A stretch of 64,000 bases of DNA from Bacilli bacterium (GCA_037071015.1 JBAMOY010000001.1:880847-944846), one strand, 5' to 3'. Positions 1 through 11,307 are shown, counted from the stretch's first letter. The notes: a model not told the origin generated them from the sequence alone. Program-made: numbers and translations.

Positions 1-2063
1 TCGATTTCAGCAGGTGTATATACATTAATATTACTATTATTATTCACTCCAACATTATTTTTGTTAAAGAATATTAAACCTTTTAATGTTTTTATAGAAA
101 TTAGCATAGTTGAGTCTATACTACCCTTTACCAGTCTATAAAACAAACTATCCTTTATTAAATTAATATTTTGAGAATTTTCTTTCTCCAAGCTATCTAA
201 CAACTTAGACATATACATTTCTTTGAACATTTGATAATAATCATCTTTATCATTAATAATATGATATTTAAGTAATACTCGAAGCAAAACTAATAAGTTA
301 ATACAATTATAATCAATTAAAACATTTTCAGCCTCTTCGTCTATAATTTTTGCCACCAATTGTTCATATTCAGCCATTAATTCTTCATGCTTATTATTTT
401 GTGCTAATTCAGTATATTTAGTAAGCTTTTTATTTTGAATATTTTTTTCAAAGTAATAAAACATTCTTTTTACATTGCTATCATTTAATAACAAATCTTT
501 ATCTATAAAATCAAAATTATCTATATCGCATTCCAATAATAATTTTTCAATTATATTATATTCACTTCTATGAATAACATTTAATAATCCATACCAATCA
601 CTAGCAGACAAAGCTTTAAAATCATCAAAGAATGTTGTTAAAATCTCATTTTTAGAATCGCCCCAAACTAAACGTAACAAATCCTTTATATATGTTTTTT
701 CGTGAATTAATTGTTTGATACTTTCACTTAATACTTCAATATATTTATGTTGTAAACAAGAATCACTATTACCAAACAATTTAGGTATATATTGCGATGT
801 AATGCGTTTTAATCTTTCTGAAAAATTTACAAATATATATTCTACTAACTCATCTTTAGTTGTTTCCTTTTCTTTTATACTCCAGGAATATTTTAAATTT
901 CTTTCTGAATAATTACTAATAAAATATATAAATTCTTCATCAGATAAGTTACATAGATAATCCTTATACAACAAAAAAATTTTATTTTTTAAAGTTGAAT
1001 TATCTATATTTTCATTTACATAATCTATAAAAGTTTTGCCATCTATTTCACTAAGTTTATTCTTATATTCAAGAAACAACTTTGTTTTCATTTCATTAGA
1101 ATCAAACGCAAACATATCCAATAGCAATTCAGCATTCATACTATTGTATCTAACTTTAAAATCACTTAAAGATTTTAATCTTAAATTATCATCTAGTCTA
1201 CTAATAATTAAGTTAAAATAAGTATCTGATAGTTCAATTAATTTACTAGAGTTTACTTTCCAAATATTATAGATTTGCTCAGAATCATCTACATTCATTC
1301 CTAATTTATACATTAATATATCAGCAGGTATATCTTTTATTTTAGAATCAAAATATTTATTACACAAAACAATTCCATCACCTGATAACATTGTTAAAAA
1401 GTTCACAAAATCTTGATGATTAAATGACTCTATAGTATCATGATATTCATTAAAGAAATAATCGAGATTTTCTTCATAAACACTTGTTATAATTGTTGAT
1501 ATACTATCAGCATCTAATTTTTTTATAAAATCACTAACAGTTGTTAAAAAATATTTCTGATTTTCAGGTTGTAATGTTCCTATGAACGATAAAAGCAATT
1601 TAGAATCGCAATCAATTATTCTATCTTTAAATTTAACAATCATTCTTTTTTGGTTTTCTAAAGATAAAGCTAATATAAAATTTTGAATAACTGTTGGACT
1701 TAATTTATCACCAAAATTATTTAATAAATTCAATTTTTCATCTTCTTTAAGAATATATGCGAGTTCAACCTGAATAGTTGGATTTAATCTATTTATATTA
1801 TAAATCTCTTCAAATGTATAAACTGATAGTTCGGGCGTTTTGGTTGCTATCATTTTAAAAGTTATAACATCTACCATACCATTAGAATTTTGCCAATTAT
1901 CAATTATTTTCACCTTATTTTCAATAAAGTTAAATATTTGATTAACATCCACAATAGATATTTTTTGCAAATCGTCTAAATGTTGTTCTACTAACTCTTG
2001 TACATCGCTTGATGGTAATCTGCCTATTTGACTTAAAAATATATTTATTGAAAATGGTTTCAT
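1..2063 (-). CDS. hypothetical large protein, 3' part lies outside the window (>=687 aa visible); Leu/Asn/Lys-rich with a helical-repeat look
   Basis: Minus-strand reading frame opens at ATG 2061-2063, preceded by an AAGGGGG Shine-Dalgarno, and runs without a stop to the window edge. It is missing from the ORF track only because it is open-ended. The plus-strand ORFs 715-912 and 1036-1221 lie antisense inside it. Confidence 0.55.
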   Translation of the reverse strand, partial: MKPFSINIFLSQIGRLPSSDVQELVEQHLDDLQKISIVDVNQIFNFIENKVKIIDNWQNSNGMVDVITFKMIATKTPELSVYTFEEIYNINRLNPTIQVELAYILKEDEKLNLLNNFGDKLSPTVIQNFILALSLENQKRMIVKFKDRIIDCDSKLLLSFIGTLQPENQKYFLTTVSDFIKKLDADSISTIITSVYEENLDYFFNEYHDTIESFNHQDFVNFLTMLSGDGIVLCNKYFDSKIKDIPADILMYKLGMNVDDSEQIYNIWKVNSSKLIELSDTYFNLIISRLDDNLRLKSLSDFKVRYNSMNAELLLDMFAFDSNEMKTKLFLEYKNKLSEIDGKTFIDYVNENIDNSTLKNKIFLLYKDYLCNLSDEEFIYFISNYSERNLKYSWSIKEKETTKDELVEYIFVNFSERLKRITSQYIPKLFGNSDSCLQHKYIEVLSESIKQLIHEKTYIKDLLRLVWGDSKNEILTTFFDDFKALSASDWYGLLNVIHRSEYNIIEKLLLECDIDNFDFIDKDLLLNDSNVKRMFYYFEKNIQNKKLTKYTELAQNNKHEELMAEYEQLVAKIIDEEAENVLIDYNCINLLVLLRVLLKYHIINDKDDYYQMFKEMYMSKLLDSLEKENSQNINLIKDSLFYRLVKGSIDSTMLISIKTLKGLIFFNKNNVGVNNNSNINVYTPAEI

Positions 2064-2200
2064 AAAATAACCCCCTTGAAATTGTCTTATATAATAACAC
2101 ATCAAACCAAAAAAAAACAAATTAAATATCTTGATTTAACCAACTTTACTATCATTGTTTTAAAAATTATGTTAAGATATAAGCAATTAGAGGTGATAAC

Positions 2201-3352
2201 ATGAATAGTGTCGGTATTATATGCGAGTACAATCCTTTTCATAATGGCCATCTTTATCATTTAAATGAAGTAAAAAAATTATTTCCTAATACCCCTATTA
2301 TTCTTATTATGAGTGGTCATTTTACGCAAAGAGGAATTCCTAGTATCATTAACAAGTGGGAAAAAACTAAGCTAGCCCTAGATTACGGTATCGATCTAGT
2401 AATTGAATTACCATTCGTGTTTGCTAGTCAAAGTGCCGACATATTTGCTAAAGGGAGCATCGAATTGTTAAAAGAACTGAAAGTTTCATATCTTGTCTTC
2501 GGTAGTGAAACTAATGATGTTGATACTTTAATTAATTTAGCCAAAATTCAAATTAATAATCCCGAATACGATCAGTTGGTAAAATCTTTTTTAGATAAAG
2601 GATATAATTATCCAACTGCCCTATCAAAAGCCTTAACCAAAATATCTAAAGTTGATCTTAATAATCCTAATGATATTTTAGGACTAGCTTACATTAAAGA
2701 AATTATCAAGCAAAAAGCCAAAATTAAGCCTATCACAATCAAAAGAACCGTTGGCTTTCATTCGGATTCAATAATTGATAATATAACTAGTGCTAGTAAT
2801 ATCAGACAAAAAATATATGATAACCAAAATATAGAACAGCTAGTACCTAAACCAGTTTATAATTGTTTAACCCAGTGTTCACTACATTTTACTGAAAATT
2901 ATTTTCCGCTATTAAAGTATAAAATAATGATCGAGTCAAATCTTGAACAATATCAGACAGTTGATGAGGGGATTGAAAATAGAATTGATAAATGTATCAT
3001 TACGAGTATATCTACCGATCAGTTAGTTAATAGTATTAAAACTAAACGTTACACTTATAATAAAATTATGCGAATGTTAACTCATATTTTATGTAGCTTT
3101 ACCAAACAAGAAGCAATAAACATTAATAATGAATATATTAGACTTCTAGGTTTTTCTAAAATAGGACAAACTTATCTAAATAAGATTAAAAAAGATTTAC
3201 ATCTTCCCATTATTACCAATTATAAACCAAAATTCAGTCATATTCTCGATATTGAAATAAGAGCAACCAAGGTATACGCATCTATTTTAAACGAAAAAGA
3301 TAAAATTAGTTTAATTGAAAAGGAATTTAAACAATCACCTCTTCAAAAATAA
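2201..3352 (+). CDS. tmcAL: tRNA(Met) cytidine acetate ligase-like nucleotidyltransferase (YlbM/UPF0348/TmcAL family)
   Basis: N-terminus GIICEYNPFHNGHLYHL is the HxGH-type nucleotidyltransferase signature of the YlbM/TmcAL family. AGAGGTGA RBS upstream. Length 383 aa fits the family. Confidence 0.6.
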   Translation: MNSVGIICEYNPFHNGHLYHLNEVKKLFPNTPIILIMSGHFTQRGIPSIINKWEKTKLALDYGIDLVIELPFVFASQSADIFAKGSIELLKELKVSYLVFGSETNDVDTLINLAKIQINNPEYDQLVKSFLDKGYNYPTALSKALTKISKVDLNNPNDILGLAYIKEIIKQKAKIKPITIKRTVGFHSDSIIDNITSASNIRQKIYDNQNIEQLVPKPVYNCLTQCSLHFTENYFPLLKYKIMIESNLEQYQTVDEGIENRIDKCIITSISTDQLVNSIKTKRYTYNKIMRMLTHILCSFTKQEAININNEYIRLLGFSKIGQTYLNKIKKDLHLPIITNYKPKFSHILDIEIRATKVYASILNEKDKISLIEKEFKQSPLQK

Positions 3353-3363
3353 TTTTATCCTTT

Positions 3364-3897
3364 TTATTTTCTTTTAACAAAAAGTTTCGCTACGGTATGA
3401 TTTTGATCATAATTATATCCAGTATAATGACCATCTAGCATTTCTATGAAACCAATCTGGTTAACAAACAAATTTTTAGTACGGCGATTATATGTGACCG
3501 AACCCATCAGCGCATGTCCGTATGGCTGATCAATCTCATATTGGACAATATTTAGAGTCACAAAATATTGATAAGTCTCTAAATATTCTCGCGCTGTGAT
3601 ATTGTCTAAATAACCATTTTGATAACGTATACCTGTTACCACATTATTTTCGCGATAAGTATAATGATAGAAATCTTCAACGTCAAGACCATCTCTATGT
3701 GCTAATTTTTCAGCAAGAGATAACTTATGATAAACAACTTGCGGATTAAAGCAATCCGGATTTTCTAAATACAATTTTCTAACAATATCAACTATTTGTT
3801 CACTGTATCTTTTGCTTTCCTTCAAAAAATAAATCTTTTCAATTTCTATACCATCAAAATTACTGCTTTCTTTAAGCGTTCTATTTCTCTCTAACAT
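3364..3897 (-). CDS. hypothetical protein (177 aa)
   Basis: Clean ORF, no motif I recognise. Confidence 0.4.
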   Translation of the reverse strand: MLERNRTLKESSNFDGIEIEKIYFLKESKRYSEQIVDIVRKLYLENPDCFNPQVVYHKLSLAEKLAHRDGLDVEDFYHYTYRENNVVTGIRYQNGYLDNITAREYLETYQYFVTLNIVQYEIDQPYGHALMGSVTYNRRTKNLFVNQIGFIEMLDGHYTGYNYDQNHTVAKLFVKRK

Positions 3898-3920
3898 ATT
3901 TTTCTCCTAAATTATATTTA

Positions 3921-4742
3921 TTATTTTTGACAACTAGGGCAATAACAGGTTCCACGGCCGCCAACCCGAATCTTTAATATCTCATTACCACATATCGAAC
4001 ATTTATCACCTTCGTGATTATGTACCAATAAACTGTGTTGGAATCTACCATGAACACCTTCACTCGATGTATAACTTCTTATCGTTGTTCCACCAGCAAC
4101 AATAGCTTTATCTAAAGTAATCCTAGTATTAGTAATAATAGCAGATAACTCATCATCATTAAGCTGGTTGCTCGGTTTTAAAGGATTAATTCTACTTAAG
4201 AATAACACTTCATCAGCGTAGATATTACCGATACCTACAATAATACTTTGGTCTAAAATCACCGATTTAATTGGTAACTTTTTATTGCGATACTTATCCT
4301 TTAAATATGATACTGTTAACGCTTCATCCCAAGGCTCTAAGCCCAATTCATTTAAAGGTTTTTGTCTATATAGATTATCTTTATCAATCAAATGCATACG
4401 ACCAAATTTACGCGTATCACGATAACGTAATTCTTGACCATCGGCAAAAACAAACACAACATGATCATGTTTTTCTAATGGATCATTTATCGTTCTAATA
4501 AAATACTTCCCTTCCATTCGCAAATGACTCAATAAATAATATTCGTCTAAACAGAAAATTATCCATTTACCTCTTCTTTTAATGTCATTTATTGTTTGTC
4601 CAACAATCTTTTTTTTAAATTCCATCGTTGTCGGATATTCAATAATATTTGGATATAATATTCTAACGTCAACAATCCTTTTGTTTAAAACTTGTTTTTT
4701 TAGGGTCTCTTTAACCGTCTCAACTTCTGGTAATTCTGGCAT
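3921..4742 (-). CDS. mutM: formamidopyrimidine-DNA glycosylase (Fpg/MutM)
   Basis: PELPEVETV N-terminal catalytic Pro motif and a C-terminal CxxC..CxxC zinc finger. The ORF-track start at 4751 (MSFM) is probably 3 codons too long; the likely start is the Met preceding Pro at 4742. Confidence 0.85.
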   Translation of the reverse strand: MPELPEVETVKETLKKQVLNKRIVDVRILYPNIIEYPTTMEFKKKIVGQTINDIKRRGKWIIFCLDEYYLLSHLRMEGKYFIRTINDPLEKHDHVVFVFADGQELRYRDTRKFGRMHLIDKDNLYRQKPLNELGLEPWDEALTVSYLKDKYRNKKLPIKSVILDQSIIVGIGNIYADEVLFLSRINPLKPSNQLNDDELSAIITNTRITLDKAIVAGGTTIRSYTSSEGVHGRFQHSLLVHNHEGDKCSICGNEILKIRVGGRGTCYCPSCQK

Positions 4743-4819
4743 AAAACTCACCTCATTAATACTAATAGTTATTATAACACATTAAACAAAAAAATTAGCT
4801 ACAAATTGTAACTAATTAT

Positions 4820-5413
4820 CTATCTAAAAAATTCCAGTAAACTAGGAAAATAATACCACCCTATACTATAACCAATTAAAGTTAAAGGCTTGCCAACTAT
4901 AATCGCAATCATAAATTTCTTATAACTAATATTCGTCAAGCCTGACAGATAACAAAGAAAATCATCGGGAGCTCCAGGTAATAGTATTCCCATAAAAAAT
5001 ATCTTATAAAAATTAGGATGATTTAAATATCCTAAATACTTATCTAATAATTTTTCAGGAAAAAGCTTTCTAATTAAATTAAGACCATACTTTTTTGATA
5101 AATAAAAAGCAATAACTGAACCAATACATAAGCCAACATAATTATAGATAAATCCTTCTAATGGTCCAAACAAAATGACACCTACTAAACAGCTAGCACC
5201 ACCTGGAATAACCGGAAAAATGACCTGCAATATTTGAAGAATAATAAAAGCCATCGAAGAATATATCCCAAAACCATTTAAATACTTCATCAAAGTATCA
5301 TCCGAAGTAAATATGGTATTTTTTAAAGTAATGACGATTATCGTTATTAAAAGTAACGTTATAATAATACTAAACGTCTTTACAGCTAATTTTAATAATT
5401 TATTATCCATCAT
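4820..5413 (-). CDS. TVP38/TMEM64 (DedA/SNARE-associated) family membrane protein
   Basis: Multi-pass hydrophobic protein with a VIPGGASCLVGVILFG..YVGLCIGSVIAFYLSKKYG core typical of the TVP38/DedA family. Confidence 0.55.
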   Translation of the reverse strand: MMDNKLLKLAVKTFSIIITLLLITIIVITLKNTIFTSDDTLMKYLNGFGIYSSMAFIILQILQVIFPVIPGGASCLVGVILFGPLEGFIYNYVGLCIGSVIAFYLSKKYGLNLIRKLFPEKLLDKYLGYLNHPNFYKIFFMGILLPGAPDDFLCYLSGLTNISYKKFMIAIIVGKPLTLIGYSIGWYYFPSLLEFFR

Positions 5414-5511
5414 ATTTACTTCTCCTCTTTCTGCATTATATCACTATTAAAATAACCAGAAAACAAGAAATTATAATTATGACAAAATTGTAAGAAAAAA
5501 TAGTCAATAGA

Positions 5512-6159
5512 CTATCGTAATTTAATTTTTAAATTAGGAAAAGCTTTAACTAATCGTCGATGAATTATTGAGCGTTCACGAATTACCTTTTTAACTAGAT
5601 CTGTTATTTCCTCTGTATTATCTAATGCAACCTTCTTAATTGTACCTCTTAAACTAAAAATTACAGTAATTGAAAATACTATATCAATCATAAAAATAAC
5701 AAAAATAATAATTCCTAAGACAACCCTAACAACATTAGGTATCCAATTTAAAAACCTAAATAACAAAGGATTCACAAACATAATTACTATTACTCCTAAA
5801 ATACCAAAAGGAATTAAAGTATCCAAACATATTCTACCATTCAAATTATACTTCTTTTCACTATAGTCCCACCATCTGGCTTTAAAGATTTTTTCCATCA
5901 AATAACTTGTAAAATATTCTAATGTTCCACAAATAATTATCGCCATTATAAAAAGCAATAAAATGTTGTTTTGATATCTACTTAAAAAAAGAGTCATCAA
6001 TACTCCCGCACATCCATAAATAGGACAATATGGGCCAATCAAAAAACCACGATCAGTAATTTTTCCTGTGTTAAAAAACATAGATATTACCTCTATTAAC
6101 CAACCGATAAAAGAATATATCATTAACAACCAAAAATATTTTAAAATTATATCAAACAT
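5512..6159 (-). CDS. integral membrane protein, possibly the 'putative ABC-transporter type IV' family (PF06541-like)
   Basis: The motif GWLIE..RGFLIGPYCPIYG resembles the CmpB/PF06541 family. Several TM helices. Confidence 0.4.
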   Translation of the reverse strand: MFDIILKYFWLLMIYSFIGWLIEVISMFFNTGKITDRGFLIGPYCPIYGCAGVLMTLFLSRYQNNILLLFIMAIIICGTLEYFTSYLMEKIFKARWWDYSEKKYNLNGRICLDTLIPFGILGVIVIMFVNPLLFRFLNWIPNVVRVVLGIIIFVIFMIDIVFSITVIFSLRGTIKKVALDNTEEITDLVKKVIRERSIIHRRLVKAFPNLKIKLR

Positions 6160-6198
6160 TACATCTACCTCTTATATTTATTATAATATATATAATTA

Positions 6199-8856
6199 TT
6201 ATTTACAATTATCAACTGTTCGTCTTTTTCTTTTTATTGCTTTATATATTTCCATAATTCCTAATATAATTATTGATAGTATAAATAAATATATCAAATG
6301 AATAAAAGGAATACTTTCAGTCTTTAAAAATTTACTAAAAAGAGGAACCTCCATAACTATAATCTGAAGCAAAATAGCTGTTAATATTGAAAAAACAATT
6401 AAAGGATTATTAAAAGGAACTTTAAATGTCGATTCGCGTTCACTACGACAGTTTAAAACGTGAATATTTTGAATAAAGACCATTAAAGCCATAATATAAC
6501 CACGAGCAACCGAAACATCCATCCTCATTTTTTGGATTAAAAATAACCAAACGCTAAAAACCAGTAGTCCGATACTAAATCCTGATGTTAAAACCTCACT
6601 AATTAATTCTTTATTAAATAAAGTTTCTGTCGTTCGACGCGGCTTTTCTTTCATAATACCTTTTTCACTCTTTTCAAAAGAGAGTGCAAAATCCTGTAAT
6701 CCATCAGTGACAACATTTAACCATAATAACTGAATAGCTACTAATGGCATTGGTAAATCAAACGCGATTGATAAAAGAAAAAATAATACCTCAGCAATAC
6801 CACAAGACAACAACATATAACTAACTTTTCGAATATTACTATAGGCATTTCTACCCTCTTTAATCCCCGCTACAATCGACTTAAAATTATCATCAATAAT
6901 AATCATCGATGCTGTTTCCTTAGCTACATCAGTACCGCTACCCATAGCAACTCCAATATTGGCACTTTTTAAAGCAGGTGCATCATTAACTCCATCACCA
7001 GTAACCGCCACAAATTCACCCTGACGTTTATACGATTCTACAATTTCCAGTTTATCAATTGGCGTTACACGTGAAAAAACACTTTTACTTTGAATAAACT
7101 TATCAAACTCTTTTTGGCCCTTCTGCAAATAACAAGCAATATCCTCACCAGTTGCTACCTGCTCCATTGTTGTAACTAAATTTAACTCCTTAGCAATAGA
7201 AAAAGCTGTCAACGGATGATCCCCGGTAATCATCACGACTTTAATTCCCGCTTCTCTTGCATCTTTTAATGAAAGTTTTACTTCCTCTCTAATAGGATCA
7301 ATAAATGCAACCAAACCGATAAAATTAAGTCCTTTAATTGTATCTTCATTATAGTTATCATGGCTATCCACCTCACCATCAGCAATAGCTATAACACGAT
7401 AACCATTACTAGCTAATCTTTCATTCTGCGCTTTTAGTAACTCGTTATCAATTTTGACTTTACTCTCTCCTGCTGTCGTACAAAAACTACAAATTTTTTC
7501 TAATGAACCCTTAACTGTACAATAGTGTTTATTATCACTCTTATAAAAAACAGCCGAATATTTATTTTCTGATTCATATGGTATTCTAGACTCAACAGTA
7601 ATATCTGTTGTATCAATATTTAGTTTTTTACCTAATGCTAAAAAAGCAACATCAATGGAATCACCAAAATATTCCCAACTATGATTTCTTTTTTCCAACA
7701 AAGCCTCATTATTAATGACACCCAATTTCCCAATTAATATAGCTTTATTTAAATCTTCTTGACTAGTTGAAGTTACTAATCCATTATCATTATAGCCAAT
7801 ACCACTGATATCAAACTCTATACCATCTGGTAAAAGAATTTTTTTGGCTGTCTGTTGATTTACCGTAAGCGTTCCTGTTTTATCACTAGCAATAACACTA
7901 CAACTACCTAGACTTTCTACAGCATTTAATTTTTTTACAATAACATTCTTTGAAGCCATACGATTAGAACCAATTGTCAAAGCCATAGTTAGAGCTAACG
8001 GCAATCCCTCAGGCATAGCTGAAACCGATAGTGAAATTACTAATAAAAAGATATCATTAAACATATATCCTTTTAAATATAAAATAAAAGATATAATAAT
8101 AGCAATTAAAACTATAAAAACACTTATTTGTTTAGAAAATTTTTCCATTCTAATTGTCAAAGGTGACTTTTCTTCTTTTGTTTGATTTACCTTATCAGCA
8201 ATTTTGCCAATTTCCGTCTCAAGACCCGTTGCAACTACAACCGCCTTAGCTCTACCCGTAATAACTGATGTCCCTGCAAATAGCATATTAAATCGTTCTG
8301 ATAATGGTGCATCCTTAGCTATCACCTTGTTACTTTTATTTACAGCTAAACTTTCTCCCGTTAAAATAGACTCGTTAACTTGAAAATTATAACAATCAAT
8401 AACTCGCAAATCAGCACTTATTTTATCGCCTGACTCTAGTAAAACTATATCACCTGGTACTAACAAATTAGAAGCTATTTGTTTTTCCTGATTATTCCTA
8501 ATTACTTTGGCATTAACCTTAATCATACTAGATAAAGCCTCCGCATTTTTTAAAGCCTTAGCTTCTTGAAAAGTTCCCATTAATAAATCAATTAAAACAA
8601 TAAAAACAATCGCTACCGCATCAATTACTTCACCAATCATAAAACAAAAGATAATAATTATTATTAATAATAGTACGATTGGATCTTTTAATTCTCTTAA
8701 AAAGATTACAAAAACATTATCCTTTGACGCCTTTGGTATTTCATTCTTACCATATTTTCCTAAACGATTATTAGCATCAACACTTTTCAACCCTGTTATA
8801 TCTGAATTTAATGTTTCTATAACTTTTTCAACTGTCATCTGAAACCATTTATGCAT
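6199..8856 (-). CDS. P-type cation-transporting ATPase (P2-type, Ca2+/Mg2+-like)
   Basis: DKTGTLT phosphorylation motif, TGDGVNDAPALK hinge motif, 885 aa with about 10 TM segments. GGAGG RBS and an extended -10 promoter upstream. Confidence 0.85.
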   Translation of the reverse strand: MHKWFQMTVEKVIETLNSDITGLKSVDANNRLGKYGKNEIPKASKDNVFVIFLRELKDPIVLLLIIIIIFCFMIGEVIDAVAIVFIVLIDLLMGTFQEAKALKNAEALSSMIKVNAKVIRNNQEKQIASNLLVPGDIVLLESGDKISADLRVIDCYNFQVNESILTGESLAVNKSNKVIAKDAPLSERFNMLFAGTSVITGRAKAVVVATGLETEIGKIADKVNQTKEEKSPLTIRMEKFSKQISVFIVLIAIIISFILYLKGYMFNDIFLLVISLSVSAMPEGLPLALTMALTIGSNRMASKNVIVKKLNAVESLGSCSVIASDKTGTLTVNQQTAKKILLPDGIEFDISGIGYNDNGLVTSTSQEDLNKAILIGKLGVINNEALLEKRNHSWEYFGDSIDVAFLALGKKLNIDTTDITVESRIPYESENKYSAVFYKSDNKHYCTVKGSLEKICSFCTTAGESKVKIDNELLKAQNERLASNGYRVIAIADGEVDSHDNYNEDTIKGLNFIGLVAFIDPIREEVKLSLKDAREAGIKVVMITGDHPLTAFSIAKELNLVTTMEQVATGEDIACYLQKGQKEFDKFIQSKSVFSRVTPIDKLEIVESYKRQGEFVAVTGDGVNDAPALKSANIGVAMGSGTDVAKETASMIIIDDNFKSIVAGIKEGRNAYSNIRKVSYMLLSCGIAEVLFFLLSIAFDLPMPLVAIQLLWLNVVTDGLQDFALSFEKSEKGIMKEKPRRTTETLFNKELISEVLTSGFSIGLLVFSVWLFLIQKMRMDVSVARGYIMALMVFIQNIHVLNCRSERESTFKVPFNNPLIVFSILTAILLQIIVMEVPLFSKFLKTESIPFIHLIYLFILSIIILGIMEIYKAIKRKRRTVDNCK

Positions 8857-8908
8857 ATTTGTTCCTCCAAATTATATGATACCATTATAACATACTTTTA
8901 TATGAAAA

Positions 8909-8933
8909 AGAGATAAATTTAAAATTTATCTCT
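8909..8933 (-). terminator. intrinsic terminator closing the four-gene operon 12703-8935
   Basis: Near-perfect palindrome AGAGATAAATTT..AAATTTATCTCT followed by a U-run on the minus strand. The promoter and RBS of the ATPase gene lie immediately after it. Confidence 0.5.
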
Positions 8934-8934
8934 T

Positions 8935-9246
8935 CTAACTGCGAGCTATCAAATCAAAATTAATAATATCCTCATTAATCGATTTTACCGCTTTATCGAC
9001 ACCATACTGTTCAAAAGCCTCTCTAACCAAATCTAAGTCCTCATAAAATACATTTGGATGGGTTAATAAAATTATTTTCAAATCATTTATGCCAATAAAA
9101 GTAAAATAGTCTAAAATAGCTGTCACTCGTTCTTCATGCATAGCTAATTCGCTTATGTCCATATCATCAAGAGTATTATAAATTTCATTAATGTCTTCTC
9201 GTCCTAAATTAAATTTACTTAGATATTCCATTAGCTCCTCCTTCAT
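8935..9246 (-). CDS. hypothetical protein (103 aa), last gene of an uncharacterised four-gene operon
   Basis: ORF overlapping the end of the upstream 633-aa gene by about 17-32 nt, consistent with translational coupling. No recognisable motif. Confidence 0.45.
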   Translation of the reverse strand: MKEELMEYLSKFNLGREDINEIYNTLDDMDISELAMHEERVTAILDYFTFIGINDLKIILLTHPNVFYEDLDLVREAFEQYGVDKAVKSINEDIINFDLIARS

Positions 9247-11101
9247 ATGAATAATTAGTAATATTAGCTAACAACGAAAAAATATCTTCATTGATATAAG
9301 AGCCATATGTTAAAGCAAACACTTTAGCATCTTCCATTAAAACTTGGTTGTTCTTCAAAATACTATAAATACGTAAAACCTTAAGGCGAGATATAATTTG
9401 ACCATCAATAACATAAATATAATCATTATTTGCTAATTTATATTTTTCATCTAACTCTTTAATAAAGCTGTCGCTTAGTATTGTGTCATTAATCGTATAA
9501 TTATTGTTTTTTAATAATAATTCCTCATATAAACTATAATTAGGAATATAGCTTACTTTACTTTGATCGATAAAATACTTTTGTTTAAAGTCCATAAAAT
9601 CTGCATCTGATTTTAATTGATAACCGAGATTTTTTAATGTCACCTTCCCCGACAACATCCCTGGACGACTTTTAGAGAAAATAGTTTTATAATAGTCATC
9701 TATAGCCATAGATTCTTTAAGCATGTATAATAACGCCACTGTATGCTTACGCAGCGTATTCATAGCGGATGGATAATTACGGAGATAAGAATCAGCATAT
9801 GGATAAGTTTTAGCTTCCGGACAGTGACACAAACCCAATTCAATGAACTGATCACACGTTTCCGCCAAATTAGAAAACCATAAAGTAGAGGTAGAAAAAT
9901 TATTTTTGTCATCTGTAAATAATCCATACAATTCACAAATATTATAATTTTCCCTAATCTTATATGGCGGTGTTTTTAATAATTTAATATTTCCCACTTG
10001 ATTCATTGAAATATCAAACCCTTGTGTTTTTAAAAATTTTTCATTATTCAATATTTCATCATATGATATCTCATGTGCTTGTATATATAAATTCATATTA
10101 GACATTTTCTTACTACGTCCAGGCGTCTTATTCCTTCGCTGACGCTTTTCCATCGGCAAATTATTAACCCACACACTAGCTGTTTGGAAAAAAATCTTCT
10201 CATTTTTTTTATTACTTACTATTTTTTGATAAGCAGTTGTTACAGATTCTAAACTGCCATATATAGTAATAGCTAATAAGGTTGCCACATCGAAACGTGC
10301 TAAAATATTACGTTTATTAATCGTTACATCCTCAAAACTCAAATAATTCAATATAGCAGTCATACTATCCAAATCAATATTCTGATTAATTTCCATCCAA
10401 CATTTATCAATATATTTGCATATGTCTTGACTTACACCATATTTCTCAAACAAGTTTTTCACAGTATCAATATCAACTTCACTGCTTTCATTAACATTAG
10501 TATTATACCTTTTTACAGCAATTAATAAATCTTTTTTCATTTTATAAGATACATTAGGATCTTCCACGATTTTATAAAGAACTTGAAACTCATCAATAGT
10601 TAAGAATTCACCTTTACTATCAACTACTTTTTCATAAATAATTTCCAAATTAATAATATCATCTTGAATCTTATCTATTTCTGATTGATTAACCGTATCA
10701 TTATTTTGGACACTTAAAAATTTATTCTCTAACTTTAGTTTGAGTTCCTCTAACAACCGTTGAAGATCAGTTAAAATTATTCTTTGATTATCAGTTACAT
10801 CTAGGTCTAAATGTTCATCATATTTAGCATTAAATATTAATTTGATTATTCTCAATTGTTCTTCTAACCAAGATCTTTCTTGTTTCATCTTAATGTTAGT
10901 ATATAACAAATCGAAAACACCCTTCATATCCATATAACGTAAATTAGCTAAATCTTTGTTCAAATTGTCTAAAATTTCTGTGATTAAATTAATATCATAC
11001 CGAATTTTTTCTAAACTTTCTGTTTTAAGTTTAGCTTTTTTAGTTTCATACTCTTTATACAAATTATTCTTTTTTCGATTAATAATTGTTGCTAATTTCA
11101 T
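9215..11101 (-). CDS. hypothetical protein (~628 aa), coiled-coil N-terminal half and globular Cys/His-containing C-terminal half
   Basis: Long ORF. The track start at 11116 is TTG; the probable ATG is at 11101 with a GGTGATGG RBS. No Walker or nuclease motifs seen. Contains LWFSNLAETCDQFIELGLCHCPE. Confidence 0.5.
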   Translation of the reverse strand: MKLATIINRKKNNLYKEYETKKAKLKTESLEKIRYDINLITEILDNLNKDLANLRYMDMKGVFDLLYTNIKMKQERSWLEEQLRIIKLIFNAKYDEHLDLDVTDNQRIILTDLQRLLEELKLKLENKFLSVQNNDTVNQSEIDKIQDDIINLEIIYEKVVDSKGEFLTIDEFQVLYKIVEDPNVSYKMKKDLLIAVKRYNTNVNESSEVDIDTVKNLFEKYGVSQDICKYIDKCWMEINQNIDLDSMTAILNYLSFEDVTINKRNILARFDVATLLAITIYGSLESVTTAYQKIVSNKKNEKIFFQTASVWVNNLPMEKRQRRNKTPGRSKKMSNMNLYIQAHEISYDEILNNEKFLKTQGFDISMNQVGNIKLLKTPPYKIRENYNICELYGLFTDDKNNFSTSTLWFSNLAETCDQFIELGLCHCPEAKTYPYADSYLRNYPSAMNTLRKHTVALLYMLKESMAIDDYYKTIFSKSRPGMLSGKVTLKNLGYQLKSDADFMDFKQKYFIDQSKVSYIPNYSLYEELLLKNNNYTINDTILSDSFIKELDEKYKLANNDYIYVIDGQIISRLKVLRIYSILKNNQVLMEDAKVFALTYGSYINEDIFSLLANITNYSYEGGANGISK

Positions 11102-11109
11102 ACCATCAC

Positions 11110-11307
11110 CTACCAATCTAACAATAAGTCATAAGCTCGAAAGTAAATTGAAAAATCTTTATCGCAAGAAGTCAAAGCTTTATTTAATCTGTCATAGCTA
11201 ATCCCCAATTCAAAAGCTAAATCCTCTAAATTAACCGCTTTCAATTGAATCAAATTTAAGCAATCCTTAACAATTTGGTGAAATAAAAACTCTAACTTAT
11301 TTGACAT
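11110..11307 (-). CDS. small helix-turn-helix-like protein (65 aa)
   Basis: LEDLAFELGISYDRLNKAL resembles a sigma-70 region-4/YlxM-type HTH. Overlaps both neighbours by about 10 nt. Confidence 0.4.
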   Translation of the reverse strand: MSNKLEFLFHQIVKDCLNLIQLKAVNLEDLAFELGISYDRLNKALTSCDKDFSIYFRAYDLLLDW